The notes under the pieces are model-generated. The model saw only the letters and a list, made by a program, of their open reading frames with translations, was not told the DNA's origin and ran no database searches. From a virus (lineage: Duplodnaviria > Caudoviricetes), in the IMG/VR virus record IMGVR_UViG_3300042921_000092, positions 1 to 46,422 of that record: a DNA stretch of 46,422 bases. One strand, given 5' to 3'. This document shows positions 36,561-45,162 of this stretch, one piece after another; within the stretch, counting starts at the first letter, position 1, and every line of letters begins with the position of its first letter. The translations under genes were made by a program, and so were the position numbers.

Positions 36561-37651
36561 GCAAGTTGACCGGGTTTGATGTTCCGACCTTTGAAGCCCT
36601 GCGCGGTCAGTCCGGGGCACATTACGAGGCGCGACTGGGGCAGGGTGTGACGCTCGGTCAGGGGCCGATTGCGGTTATGCCCTATATCGACGGCATGCTC
36701 GCAAATGGTGCATATGGTTACCTTGATCATACCGCCTCACAGACGATGGTTCTATGGGCGGTTGGTGACAATCTTGACGGTCACGGCTTTACATATGATG
36801 TGAAGCGCATCCCGGCTTCGCGTGCGAGCGGTGCGATCGCTTTTTCTGGCGTGGCCGGGGCGGGTATTGACGCCAATCAGGTGCTTCGGGATTCGGCTGG
36901 TGTCGAGTTCAAGGTGATTGCCGGTGTGGTTCTGGATGAAGTCGGTCAGGCGGTCGCCAATGTAAAGGCTTCTGTCCCGGGCGCATCGGGAAACCTTGCC
37001 GCTGGCACAAGCCTTACGCTGACGTCGCCGGTTGATGGTGTCGACCCGGTCGCAATTGTCGAGGCAGGTGGTTTCGCGGGTGGTGCGGACAAGGAGAAGG
37101 ACGGTCGCCCGGGTATTGCCGAGCACTATCGTGGGCGAATTCTCGACGAAATAGCCCAGCCGCCGCATGGTGGCAGTCAGAGTGATTATGAGAAATGGGC
37201 GAAGGAAGTCCCCGGTGTAACCCGTGTTTGGGTAACGCGCCGCGAAATGGGCATGGGGACGGTCACGGTTCGCTTCATGATGGATGTTTTGCGCGCATCC
37301 AATGGGGGCATTCCGACTGCGGCGGATGTGGCGCTGGTGCAATCCTACATTGATGCGCGGCGTCCATTGAATGCCGATGTGTATGTTGTGGCACCTATTC
37401 CCAAAGCGCTGGGTATTACAATAACGGGTCTTAACCCCGATACGCCAGCGGTTCGGTCCTCGATCAACGCCGAACTTGGCGACATGCTTTATCGGCGGGG
37501 TGAGCCGGGGGTGACCTTGAGCCGAAGCTGGATCACCGAGGCAATTGCAGTTGCTGCCGGTGAAAGCCGCCACAAGGTTACAGTGCCAGCCGATGATGTT
37601 GAACATACGGTCGGGCAGATTCCGGTCCTCGGGGTGGTCAATTATGCTTGA
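36557..37651 (+). CDS. Baseplate J protein (Mu gp47-like)
   Basis: GGAD.E, PPHGG..SDYEKWA.EVPGVTRVWV, G.GTV.V. Confidence 0.93.
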   Translation: MSKLTGFDVPTFEALRGQSGAHYEARLGQGVTLGQGPIAVMPYIDGMLANGAYGYLDHTASQTMVLWAVGDNLDGHGFTYDVKRIPASRASGAIAFSGVAGAGIDANQVLRDSAGVEFKVIAGVVLDEVGQAVANVKASVPGASGNLAAGTSLTLTSPVDGVDPVAIVEAGGFAGGADKEKDGRPGIAEHYRGRILDEIAQPPHGGSQSDYEKWAKEVPGVTRVWVTRREMGMGTVTVRFMMDVLRASNGGIPTAADVALVQSYIDARRPLNADVYVVAPIPKALGITITGLNPDTPAVRSSINAELGDMLYRRGEPGVTLSRSWITEAIAVAAGESRHKVTVPADDVEHTVGQIPVLGVVNYA

Positions 37652-38297
37652 TGAACGGCTTGACGCCTATGTGGACATTGTTGCGTCTGCCATGCCGCCC
37701 GGTGCGGCGTGGCAGGGGTTTCGTGATTATGACGGGGTTGGCCGGGATTTCCTGCGTGCCAAGTGTTCGACATGGGTTGAAGTTGATCTGGCCGCTGACC
37801 GCTTGGTCATTGAAAGCCAGCCTGCGCGCGCCATCGAAATGCTGGCAGATCACGAAACGCAGGTCGGCCTGCCCGATTGTTGTTTTCAAACGGCAGGTTT
37901 GCCGATTGAGGATCGTCGCGCGGCGGTTCTGACACGCTATCGGGCGCGTGGGGGGCAACGGCCCGGGTACTTTATCGGGCTTGCCGAAACCCTCGGATAT
38001 CAGACCGCAATTGTCGAATATCGTCCGTTCATGGTTGGCATAAGCCAGGTGGGCGGTGCGAACACATCTGGCAACGATGACAGCGTTCGTTATGACATGC
38101 TCGGCGCGACTGCTGATATGCGGGCGTGGTGGCGCATGCGGGTGCTGGGTCCGCGCGTGACGTGGTTCCGGGTGGGTGTCTCGACATTGGGGCAGGACCC
38201 GCTTGCGCGAATATCGCGAGCCGAAGATTTGGAATGTCTCTTGGGTCGGTACATGCCGGCCCAATCTTTTTTGACCATGGCTTATGAAGGTGAGTGA
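37644..38297 (+). CDS. Baseplate wedge protein (Mu gp48/DUF2313-like)
   Basis: PPGAAW, GLPD.C, GGQ..GYFIGLAETLGY, LECLL.RY.PA. Confidence 0.9.
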   Translation: MLDERLDAYVDIVASAMPPGAAWQGFRDYDGVGRDFLRAKCSTWVEVDLAADRLVIESQPARAIEMLADHETQVGLPDCCFQTAGLPIEDRRAAVLTRYRARGGQRPGYFIGLAETLGYQTAIVEYRPFMVGISQVGGANTSGNDDSVRYDMLGATADMRAWWRMRVLGPRVTWFRVGVSTLGQDPLARISRAEDLECLLGRYMPAQSFLTMAYEGE

Positions 38298-38896
38298 TGC
38301 AGTATCAGCCGCCAGTGAATGGTAATCTTTCTGATCCGGACCGTCCTTATGTCAATCCGCAGCCTGAAAACGGCATTGAAGGATCAATCCCGCCTGCGGA
38401 ATCAATCGAACATTCGATGCGCGAGATCGTCAACACGATCAACTATTACCTCGGCACGGTTGAAAATCCGCTACCGGCGACCGAGGCAGACCTTCAGCAG
38501 TTGCGCAAGGCGATCCAGCAGGCGGTCACGGATGGCACGAGCGATGCCTTGCGTCGCACTGTATCGGCGACCCTTGGTGCTGGTTTCTGGACCACGCCGG
38601 TCGCGGCAACGGTTGCTGCCGGTGATGTGTCGTTCGATCCGGCCCTTGGCAACCGCTTCACCCTGACCGCGACCGAGGCCCTGACGATCACGCCCCCGGA
38701 CCCGATGCCTGCCGGTGGATCGGCGCGGCTGGAACTGACAATGGATGCCATCGGCAATCACGGGATTGCGTGGGGCCCGGAATTCCGCATCAACAACGGT
38801 GCGATCAGCAGTGAGCCGAACGCGGTCAACCTGATCCATATGGAATTTTCCGGTGCCGTGATTGACGTGCATATCACCCAGCGGGCGGAGGCGTGA
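38297..38896 (+). CDS. Tail fibre proximal/adaptor protein
   Basis: MQYQPP..PYVN..P..GIEGSIPPA..IEH..REI, DLQQL.KAI typical of fibre N-termini after gp48. Confidence 0.75.
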   Translation: MQYQPPVNGNLSDPDRPYVNPQPENGIEGSIPPAESIEHSMREIVNTINYYLGTVENPLPATEADLQQLRKAIQQAVTDGTSDALRRTVSATLGAGFWTTPVAATVAAGDVSFDPALGNRFTLTATEALTITPPDPMPAGGSARLELTMDAIGNHGIAWGPEFRINNGAISSEPNAVNLIHMEFSGAVIDVHITQRAEA

Positions 38897-38899
38897 TCA

Positions 38900-41224
38900 A
38901 TGTCGATCCTTTTTGACAACCCGCCGCCTGCCATCGGCTGTGGCGATCCCGGCGATCCGATTGATTTTGCCTGCCTGTTTAATGCTTCATCGGCGACACC
39001 TGCCTATTTGCGTCGCGCGCCCGGCACCGCATCGCCGATCTATAAAATCGCAATTTCGGTGTGGGCCAAAACTGTTTCTGTCGGCGGTTCTGTCGGGCCG
39101 TTTCTCACCGCAGGGCTTTCCCCTGCCGCTTCACAATGGGTCATGTCAAACAACATCGGGCGGGGTGATGGCGGCACCACCAATACAGCATCAATTGCAC
39201 CATCGCATCGTGACCCGGCAGGTTGGGGCCACTACCTGATCAAGGCGAACGTAACGCCTGGAACCGCACTTGCTGACCGTGCAGCTTTCACGGCGAACGG
39301 GGTCACATTCACTCTCGCGTCGAACCTGATGGATGATGGCGTAGCATTGCGGCTTCTTGACCCGCAATACTGGCAGGCTATCGGCGCAAATTTGAATTCA
39401 AGCGGTTCCCTGATTGATGCGAACCAAAGCGTCTATGTCTCAGAGTTTATCGCGATTACGGGTGATGCTGTCGATGCCGTATCCGCTTCCGATTTCGGCT
39501 ACTTCAATTCTGATGGGGATTGGGTGCCTAAAGCCTTTTACGGCAAGGGGCTTGGTGCGGCTGTTTATGGAGCCAACGGTTGCCACCTCGATTTCGGTGA
39601 TGCGCTGGACCTTGGAAAAGACGTTTCTGGCAATGGCAACCATTTCACAGCCGTTGGCCTGACGGACGATAATCAGTTCACGGATACCCCGACGAACAAT
39701 TTCGCCGTTGGCAACCCGCTGGATGCGCCCACGCCAGCCGGGAGGATTTTGTCGGAAGGTAACACAGCGTGGCAGCCCGCGCATAATCCGGGTGAAGGGC
39801 ATATTGCCGCATCCATGCTAATCCCGGCTGGAAAATACTACTGGGAGGTTCTGGTCGAGACTGGCGCACCATTCTCACCCAGCACCATTGTTCCAGCTAT
39901 CGGTTTCGCACATCGTTCTGTGGCTGTTAACGAAGCTAATGGGGCTGCCAATGGGCTTTTCCACTATCATTCTAATGGCAATCTTGTTGCCAATCCATGG
40001 GGCACCGACAGTGGGTATCCGTCGTGGACTGTTGATGATGTTGTCTCGGTTGCGATTGACCGGGAAACCGGGGATTGCTGGTTTGCCAAAAACGGGGTCT
40101 GGATTTCCGGTGATCCGGTGGCTGGTACCGATCCGGCCTTTACCATCCCGGCAGACTGGCTTGACGGATTGCGGGCGTCTGTGCAGGACAGTTCGGCAAG
40201 CGGTGCGATCAAAGCAAAGGTCAATTTCGGTCAGTTCGCCTTTGACTATCCGGTGCCGGATGGCTTTCGGACGTTATCCACATCGGGTATGCCATGCCCG
40301 GCCATTCTGAACCCGGATGATTATGTCACCGTCCGCAAGGTCGGCGATACTACGCCCTTGCCGTGGAACCCGCTGGTTCATAAAACCCTGATGACGGTTA
40401 AGGACCGTGACAGCACCGCAAGTTGGCGGGCCTGCGATACCTTGTTGGGCGATGGCAAGGCGTGGGCACCGGACGTTTCCGGGTTGGAAATCAGCGAGGG
40501 TTCAAACGGTGTCACATGGACGCCAACCGGGCCGACATTCGGGGCCGCAGCCGAGTATGCGGGCAACCGCATTGCGACCTTCTGGCGGGCCAGCCCGAAA
40601 GCCGGGTTTGATTTCGTGGACGTCATTTCAGATGCGGGCGGTGCGCCGACTAGCTTCACACACCTTGCCGGTGGTTTGATTGACCGTGCATGGGTTGTGC
40701 CTTTGGATGGTGGGCCTGTTCGTGTTTTCCATCGTGCCGCCCTTGGTTCCGATAAATATCTGATCCTGTCATCCGATGGGGCTGCGCAAACGAGCGTGGG
40801 GTGGTTCGGCTCCGATGCCGCGAGTGCCACCGTCAAGTTTCCGACCAATGGCGCACGCTACCGTGTTTACCTATGGCGGGCTGTAGCACAGTTCTCGGCC
40901 TTCCCTGCACATGTCGGCAACGGCAACCCGAATGGCAAGTTCATCCCGCTCGATTTCTTGCCACGCTTTGCCGAAATCAAAAACACAGCAGGTACGTATC
41001 ACTGGAATATACGCACTACCGATCAGAACCCCGGCAACCCGGTGGATATCCAATTGGCGTGGTCTTCCAGTGCGACGGAAACACCGCCCGGTAGTGGCTT
41101 TCAAGACTTCGTTTCGAACGGCATCACGATCCGTAATACCGAGGGCACGGAAAACCTCAACGGGGTTCTGTATGCGAATGCAATCTTTGCGCAAACCCCC
41201 GGCAAATTCGCGCGTGCGCGATAA
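38900..41224 (+). CDS. Receptor-binding/tail fibre protein with lectin(ConA/LamG)- and SPRY-like domains
   Basis: RDPAGW.H, FGY....G.WVPK, YG.NG.HLDF, GKD.SGNGNHFT, DTPTNNFA..NPL, GKYYWEV, W..KNG.W, NFGQ..F.Y..P.GF..L. Confidence 0.75.
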   Translation: MSILFDNPPPAIGCGDPGDPIDFACLFNASSATPAYLRRAPGTASPIYKIAISVWAKTVSVGGSVGPFLTAGLSPAASQWVMSNNIGRGDGGTTNTASIAPSHRDPAGWGHYLIKANVTPGTALADRAAFTANGVTFTLASNLMDDGVALRLLDPQYWQAIGANLNSSGSLIDANQSVYVSEFIAITGDAVDAVSASDFGYFNSDGDWVPKAFYGKGLGAAVYGANGCHLDFGDALDLGKDVSGNGNHFTAVGLTDDNQFTDTPTNNFAVGNPLDAPTPAGRILSEGNTAWQPAHNPGEGHIAASMLIPAGKYYWEVLVETGAPFSPSTIVPAIGFAHRSVAVNEANGAANGLFHYHSNGNLVANPWGTDSGYPSWTVDDVVSVAIDRETGDCWFAKNGVWISGDPVAGTDPAFTIPADWLDGLRASVQDSSASGAIKAKVNFGQFAFDYPVPDGFRTLSTSGMPCPAILNPDDYVTVRKVGDTTPLPWNPLVHKTLMTVKDRDSTASWRACDTLLGDGKAWAPDVSGLEISEGSNGVTWTPTGPTFGAAAEYAGNRIATFWRASPKAGFDFVDVISDAGGAPTSFTHLAGGLIDRAWVVPLDGGPVRVFHRAALGSDKYLILSSDGAAQTSVGWFGSDAASATVKFPTNGARYRVYLWRAVAQFSAFPAHVGNGNPNGKFIPLDFLPRFAEIKNTAGTYHWNIRTTDQNPGNPVDIQLAWSSSATETPPGSGFQDFVSNGITIRNTEGTENLNGVLYANAIFAQTPGKFARAR

Positions 41225-41239
41225 TTCAGGAGACAGACC

Positions 41240-41923
41240 ATGACTGCGCTTTATGCGATTTGTGACGATCAGTGGGCTTTGGTCCGCACGGCCAGCAGCC
41301 CGATGGGGCTTAGGGCCGAGACCGGCAAAACCTATTCCAATGCCGCCTTGGCATCGGTCGAGGATTTGCGGGAGAACTTCGTGCTGGTGATTGATCAGGG
41401 CACCAAGACCGATCAAGAATGGCAGACGGTTATCGGTAATCCGGCTGTCGTGATCGATGGCGATCCGGAAGAACCGGAAACCATGACGGCGACGCTGCAA
41501 TACACCACGCAGCCGATCAGCCTTGAGGCAGCGAAGGCGAAGCTGAAAGAGCGGGCCAAGAATTGCAAATTTGAACGCATGGATGCTGGTGTCGAGTTCG
41601 AGCTTGGTGGCACGACATACATTGCCCAGACCGACAGTGAAAGCCGGTCGCTCCTGATGGCCGTTTACTTCAATGCTCTTGCGGGTGGCCTGCCTGACGG
41701 ACGCAATTGGCGGTTCCGCGACAATTCCTATCCGCTTCTGACCAGTGCGGAAATTATTGCGTTGGGCGAAGCTGTCAACGTGATGGTTGCCGCCTGTTTC
41801 GACCAGCAGGCCGCGCATGATGCGGCGATTGATGCACTGCCCGATCTGGATGCCTGCAAGGGATACAATTGTTCCCTCGGGTATCCGGCGGGTCCTGCTA
41901 TTCCTGAAACCGTAACGGAGTAA
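41240..41923 (+). CDS. DUF4376-like tail fibre assembly protein
   Basis: QTD.ESR, NWRFRDNS...LT..EI..LG.AV...V.ACF. Confidence 0.75.
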   Translation: MTALYAICDDQWALVRTASSPMGLRAETGKTYSNAALASVEDLRENFVLVIDQGTKTDQEWQTVIGNPAVVIDGDPEEPETMTATLQYTTQPISLEAAKAKLKERAKNCKFERMDAGVEFELGGTTYIAQTDSESRSLLMAVYFNALAGGLPDGRNWRFRDNSYPLLTSAEIIALGEAVNVMVAACFDQQAAHDAAIDALPDLDACKGYNCSLGYPAGPAIPETVTE

Positions 41924-41929
41924 TAGCCA

Positions 41930-42376
41930 ATGATTTTGACCATGTTGGCGGTGCTAATGTCCGCCATTCTCTATCGCATGCCGCGCGGCGGCGGCTTGGG
42001 GGTGGGGAAATCCACCGAGGGGGCTTTGATCTGGGCCGGGGTGTCCGCTGGTATTTTCTGTGCGGCGCTTTCTGTTCCTTGGTGGTTCGCACCCATTGTG
42101 GCGGCGCTTCTGATGCTGGGCGAGGCACCCGGCTGGTCGCAATGGTGGCCCGGAGCGGCGCGGGCAAGTGTGTGGCGGCTTTCGATGCGCGGTTTGTTGC
42201 TTCTTAATCCCCTGATGGGGCCGATTTATTTCGGGTGTCACCGGTATCGGTCCCGGTTGCCCGTTTGGGGAAAGTTCCTTGATGGCTGGACGTCCTATGC
42301 CGAGCTGCTATCTGGATTTGTTACGGCCTGCAGCTATGTGTTCATGACCTGGCTTATTGCCCGCTGGTTTATGTAA
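41930..42376 (+). CDS. Hypothetical multi-pass membrane protein
   Basis: 148 aa with several hydrophobic segments, LYRMPRGGG, W..YAELLSG. Confidence 0.7.
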   Translation: MILTMLAVLMSAILYRMPRGGGLGVGKSTEGALIWAGVSAGIFCAALSVPWWFAPIVAALLMLGEAPGWSQWWPGAARASVWRLSMRGLLLLNPLMGPIYFGCHRYRSRLPVWGKFLDGWTSYAELLSGFVTACSYVFMTWLIARWFM

Positions 42377-42405
42377 GTCAGCCAAATACACGCCCGTTTC
42401 AGTAG

Positions 42406-42430
42406 GTCGCCAATCGGCGGCTTTTTTTAT
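42406..42430 (+). terminator. Intrinsic terminator before lysis cassette
   Basis: GTCGCC-AATC-GGCGGC followed by T7. Confidence 0.7.
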
Positions 42431-42454
42431 GCCTGAATGGTAGGGGGTGCCGGC

Positions 42455-42784
42455 ATGGACAAGCCGCCGCACGAGTTTGAGCCGCAATGGCTCGTGGCGT
42501 TAAAGCTTTGGTGGCCAGTAGCGGGGCTAACGATTTACGCCCGCATTCTTTGGCATCGGAACCTTGTTGCGAAAGGGTTTCGGCGTTTTTGGGGGCGAGA
42601 GCTTCTGTGGGAGCTGGTCACCGCGGGGTTCTGTTTCGCCATTTCAATGGGGATCGCCGATTACTTCGATCTCAGCATAACCGGCGCTTGTGCGGTCGGC
42701 ACCTTCATCGGGTGGCTCGGTCCAAAGGGGCTGCAAGCCTTTCTGTTGGGCGCAATCAAATCAGGAAATTCGAAAGGGGTCTGA
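42455..42784 (+). CDS. Holin (putative)
   Basis: ~109 aa, 2-3 TM segments, GTFIGWLG, charged C-terminus, upstream of endolysin. Confidence 0.75.
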   Translation: MDKPPHEFEPQWLVALKLWWPVAGLTIYARILWHRNLVAKGFRRFWGRELLWELVTAGFCFAISMGIADYFDLSITGACAVGTFIGWLGPKGLQAFLLGAIKSGNSKGV

Positions 42785-42785
42785 C

Positions 42786-43025
42786 ATGGATCAGATTGCA
42801 TATGTGGCGCCGTCCATTGCGGCGTCATCGGTCGTTCAACTCGTTCTGGCGCTGATCGCGTTTGTCATCGTGCGCTGGGTTCTTAAGTGGCTCGACCGGA
42901 TCATTGATTTTGATTTCAAGGGGTGGATTTCCAATGCGAATGACAATGCTGTGTCTCGTTATCTTGGTTACCGGATTCTGGCCGTCTGCATCTTGGTCGG
43001 GCTTATTGTTTCCGGATCGCTTTGA
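42786..43025 (+). CDS. Small two-TM membrane protein (second holin/antiholin candidate)
   Basis: 79 aa, AGGGG RBS, two hydrophobic helices. Confidence 0.65.
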   Translation: MDQIAYVAPSIAASSVVQLVLALIAFVIVRWVLKWLDRIIDFDFKGWISNANDNAVSRYLGYRILAVCILVGLIVSGSL

Positions 43026-43506
43026 CCATGACTTTCGCCAGCACGCCGGTCGCTATTTGCCCGGTGTCGATTGGCGGTTGCTGAAAGCGCAATGCTATCA
43101 GGAAAGTCTATTGCGCCCGGATGCGGTGTCGCCGGTCGGTGCGCAGGGGCTTTGCCAATTTATGCCCGGGACGTGGCGACAGGTTTCCGGGCAGATCGAT
43201 CTGCCGCCCAATGCGTCGGCCTTTATGCCGCAGCTCTCGATCAGGGCTGCGGCTTTTTATATGGCGGGGCTTCGCGGGCAGTGGTCGGCAAAGCGGCCTG
43301 AGTGGGATCGGCATAGCCTGGCACTGGCCAGTTACAATGCCGGTCTGGGGCATCTTCTTTCGGCGCAGCGCGCATGTGGTGGCCCGTCGCTCTATCCGGA
43401 AATCATCGCATGTCTGCCTGCCATAACCGGGCGGCATTCAAAGGAAACCATCACCTATGTTGACCGCATATGGGGCTGGTATAGGCAAATGGTCGGGGGT
43501 GGATGA
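42934..43506 (+). CDS. Endolysin, SLT lytic transglycosylase with N-terminal signal/SAR-like segment
   Basis: LKAQCYQES, AVSPVGAQGLCQFMPGTW, ALASYNAGLG, ETITYV. Confidence 0.93.
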   Translation: MRMTMLCLVILVTGFWPSASWSGLLFPDRFDHDFRQHAGRYLPGVDWRLLKAQCYQESLLRPDAVSPVGAQGLCQFMPGTWRQVSGQIDLPPNASAFMPQLSIRAAAFYMAGLRGQWSAKRPEWDRHSLALASYNAGLGHLLSAQRACGGPSLYPEIIACLPAITGRHSKETITYVDRIWGWYRQMVGGG

Positions 43507-43967
43507 TGCGAAATATCTTCAAGCTAGTCACTGGCGCCATCACGGGCGGCGGCATGATCTGGTGGATTGCTGGTGGGGTGGCGTTGCTTGTCGCGATTAT
43601 CGGTGTGCAAACGATCCGTCTTGATGGCGCGCAGGCGCGGATCGAGGCGGAGCAAATGCGGTCGGTGCGATGGCGCGACGCCAGTATCGAAAACATGGAA
43701 ACGATCAATCGGTTGCGGTTGGCCAGTGCCCGGATCGAGCGGGCGTTATCAGAAGAACGCGACCGGCGATCCGGGGCGGAAGCCCGGTATCGCACTTTGA
43801 TGGAGGGGGTGAATGATGCGCCGAATGATGGTTGTGTCGGGCCTGCTGTGCGCGGGCTTTTTGACCGCTTGCGGGACGACGCCGGAACCGATCCGGACAA
43901 CGGAATATATCGAGGCGACGGTGCCGGGGGAATTGACCGCGTGCAAACCCGTTCCGGCGATCCCTGA
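43503..43967 (+). CDS. Inner-membrane spanin (Rz-like)
   Basis: N-terminal TM then coiled coil, after endolysin. Confidence 0.8.
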   Translation: MMRNIFKLVTGAITGGGMIWWIAGGVALLVAIIGVQTIRLDGAQARIEAEQMRSVRWRDASIENMETINRLRLASARIERALSEERDRRSGAEARYRTLMEGVNDAPNDGCVGPAVRGLFDRLRDDAGTDPDNGIYRGDGAGGIDRVQTRSGDP

Positions 43968-44082
43968 TCCGCCGGTTACCGATAAAAAGGTTGGCCGGTA
44001 TATCGTTGATCTGATCGATGCGCATGATGATTGCTATGGCAAAAACCGTACAATTGGTGAGTTGTTCGGTCCGGAACAATGA
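43813..44082 (+). CDS. Outer-membrane lipoprotein spanin (Rz1-like)
   Basis: Lipobox FLTA-C, Pro-rich, overlaps Rz 3' end in another frame. Confidence 0.85.
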   Translation: MMRRMMVVSGLLCAGFLTACGTTPEPIRTTEYIEATVPGELTACKPVPAIPDPPVTDKKVGRYIVDLIDAHDDCYGKNRTIGELFGPEQ

Positions 44083-44294
44083 CGCGGATCTGATGCGACC
44101 GGTTGATGACCGACCGAAACAAGGAAGCCTGTTCTAGGCTTCCTATTTCCAATCACGCCCAATAGATACCCTCGTTACGTGCGGGGGTCGGGTCGTTGCA
44201 CCGACCCGAGCCGGGATGCGTCAACATCCCACGGACAAGCCGCCCCGCGCTGCCGTCGACGGCGGGCGGGACAGTACAGGTAAATCATTAACAA

Positions 44295-45113
44295 ATGAAA
44301 GAAGTAATCCGTTGTGAACCGCCAGCCCCTTGGCTCGGCGGTAAAAGTCGTTTGGCTAACCGTATTGTCGATTTGATCGAGGGGATCGATCACGACGTTT
44401 ATCTAGAGCCGTTTATCGGGATGGGCGGGGTATTTTTCCGGCGCCGACGGTCGGTAAAATGCGAGGTGATAAACGACTTTAATGGTGATGTCGCGAATCT
44501 GTTCCGGCAATTGCGTCGTCACCATAAAACCGTTCTAGATGAAGCCCGATTCCTTTTGGGATCGCGCGAAGAGTTCGAGCGGTTCAAGCAGCAACGCCCG
44601 GATTTGATGACCGAGATAGAGCGTGCGGTGCGGTTTCTTTACCTGCAACATCAAGCCTTTGGTGGCAAGCCGTCCGGGCAGAATTTCGGGGTAGACCGTG
44701 AGCGTGGATCACGTTTCTCGATCGAGAAAATTGAAAGCAATATCGAGCGGATTCGACAGCGCCTGTCATCGGTGATCATAGAAAATCTGGATTTTATCGA
44801 GGTGATTGATCGATACGATGGCGGGCGGGCTTTGGTTTATCTCGACCCGCCTTATTATGGCGGTGAAGGTGACTATGGAAAGGCTTTGTTCTCCCGATCG
44901 CGATTTGTCGATCTGGCTGCTCGTCTTTCCCGGTTGGCCGGCACATTTATTCTGTCGATTAATGATGTCCCTGCCATTCGGGAAATCTTCGGTGATTTCG
45001 CCATGCTGGAAGTGCAAACCAAATACACCATTCAGGGAGGCGAGGCGAAGAACGTCGGGGAACTATTGATTTCCAACTCTGAGGGGCCTTGGTCGGGGCT
45101 CAGAAAACTCTAA
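44295..45113 (+). CDS. DNA adenine methyltransferase (D12 class)
   Basis: PWLGGKSRLA, YLEPFIGMGGVF, EVINDFNGD, YLDPPY, ELLISN. Confidence 0.95.
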   Translation: MKEVIRCEPPAPWLGGKSRLANRIVDLIEGIDHDVYLEPFIGMGGVFFRRRRSVKCEVINDFNGDVANLFRQLRRHHKTVLDEARFLLGSREEFERFKQQRPDLMTEIERAVRFLYLQHQAFGGKPSGQNFGVDRERGSRFSIEKIESNIERIRQRLSSVIIENLDFIEVIDRYDGGRALVYLDPPYYGGEGDYGKALFSRSRFVDLAARLSRLAGTFILSINDVPAIREIFGDFAMLEVQTKYTIQGGEAKNVGELLISNSEGPWSGLRKL

Positions 45114-45126
45114 TTTGACATTGTTC

Positions 45127-45153
45127 GGGCGGTAGTATGGGATCGCTGCCGCC
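45127..45153. terminator. Hairpin between convergent MTase and integrase genes
   Basis: CGGGCGGTAG/CTGCCGCCCG stem. Confidence 0.5.
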
Positions 45154-45162
45154 CGCGATCTT

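Noticed and set aside
38900-41923. Diversity-generating retroelement or invertible tail fibre segment
   Set aside because: No reverse transcriptase, invertase, template/variable repeat pair or flanking inverted repeats seen
44181-44248. tRNA gene
   Set aside because: Only two internal arms, no T-loop GTTC consensus or CCA; no tRNA or rRNA recognised anywhere in the window
45115-45141. TTGACA..TATGGG as a promoter antisense to int, or the gap as attP
   Set aside because: Spacer is only 15 nt; no tRNA-like core or arm repeats; region explained by a hairpin between convergent genes
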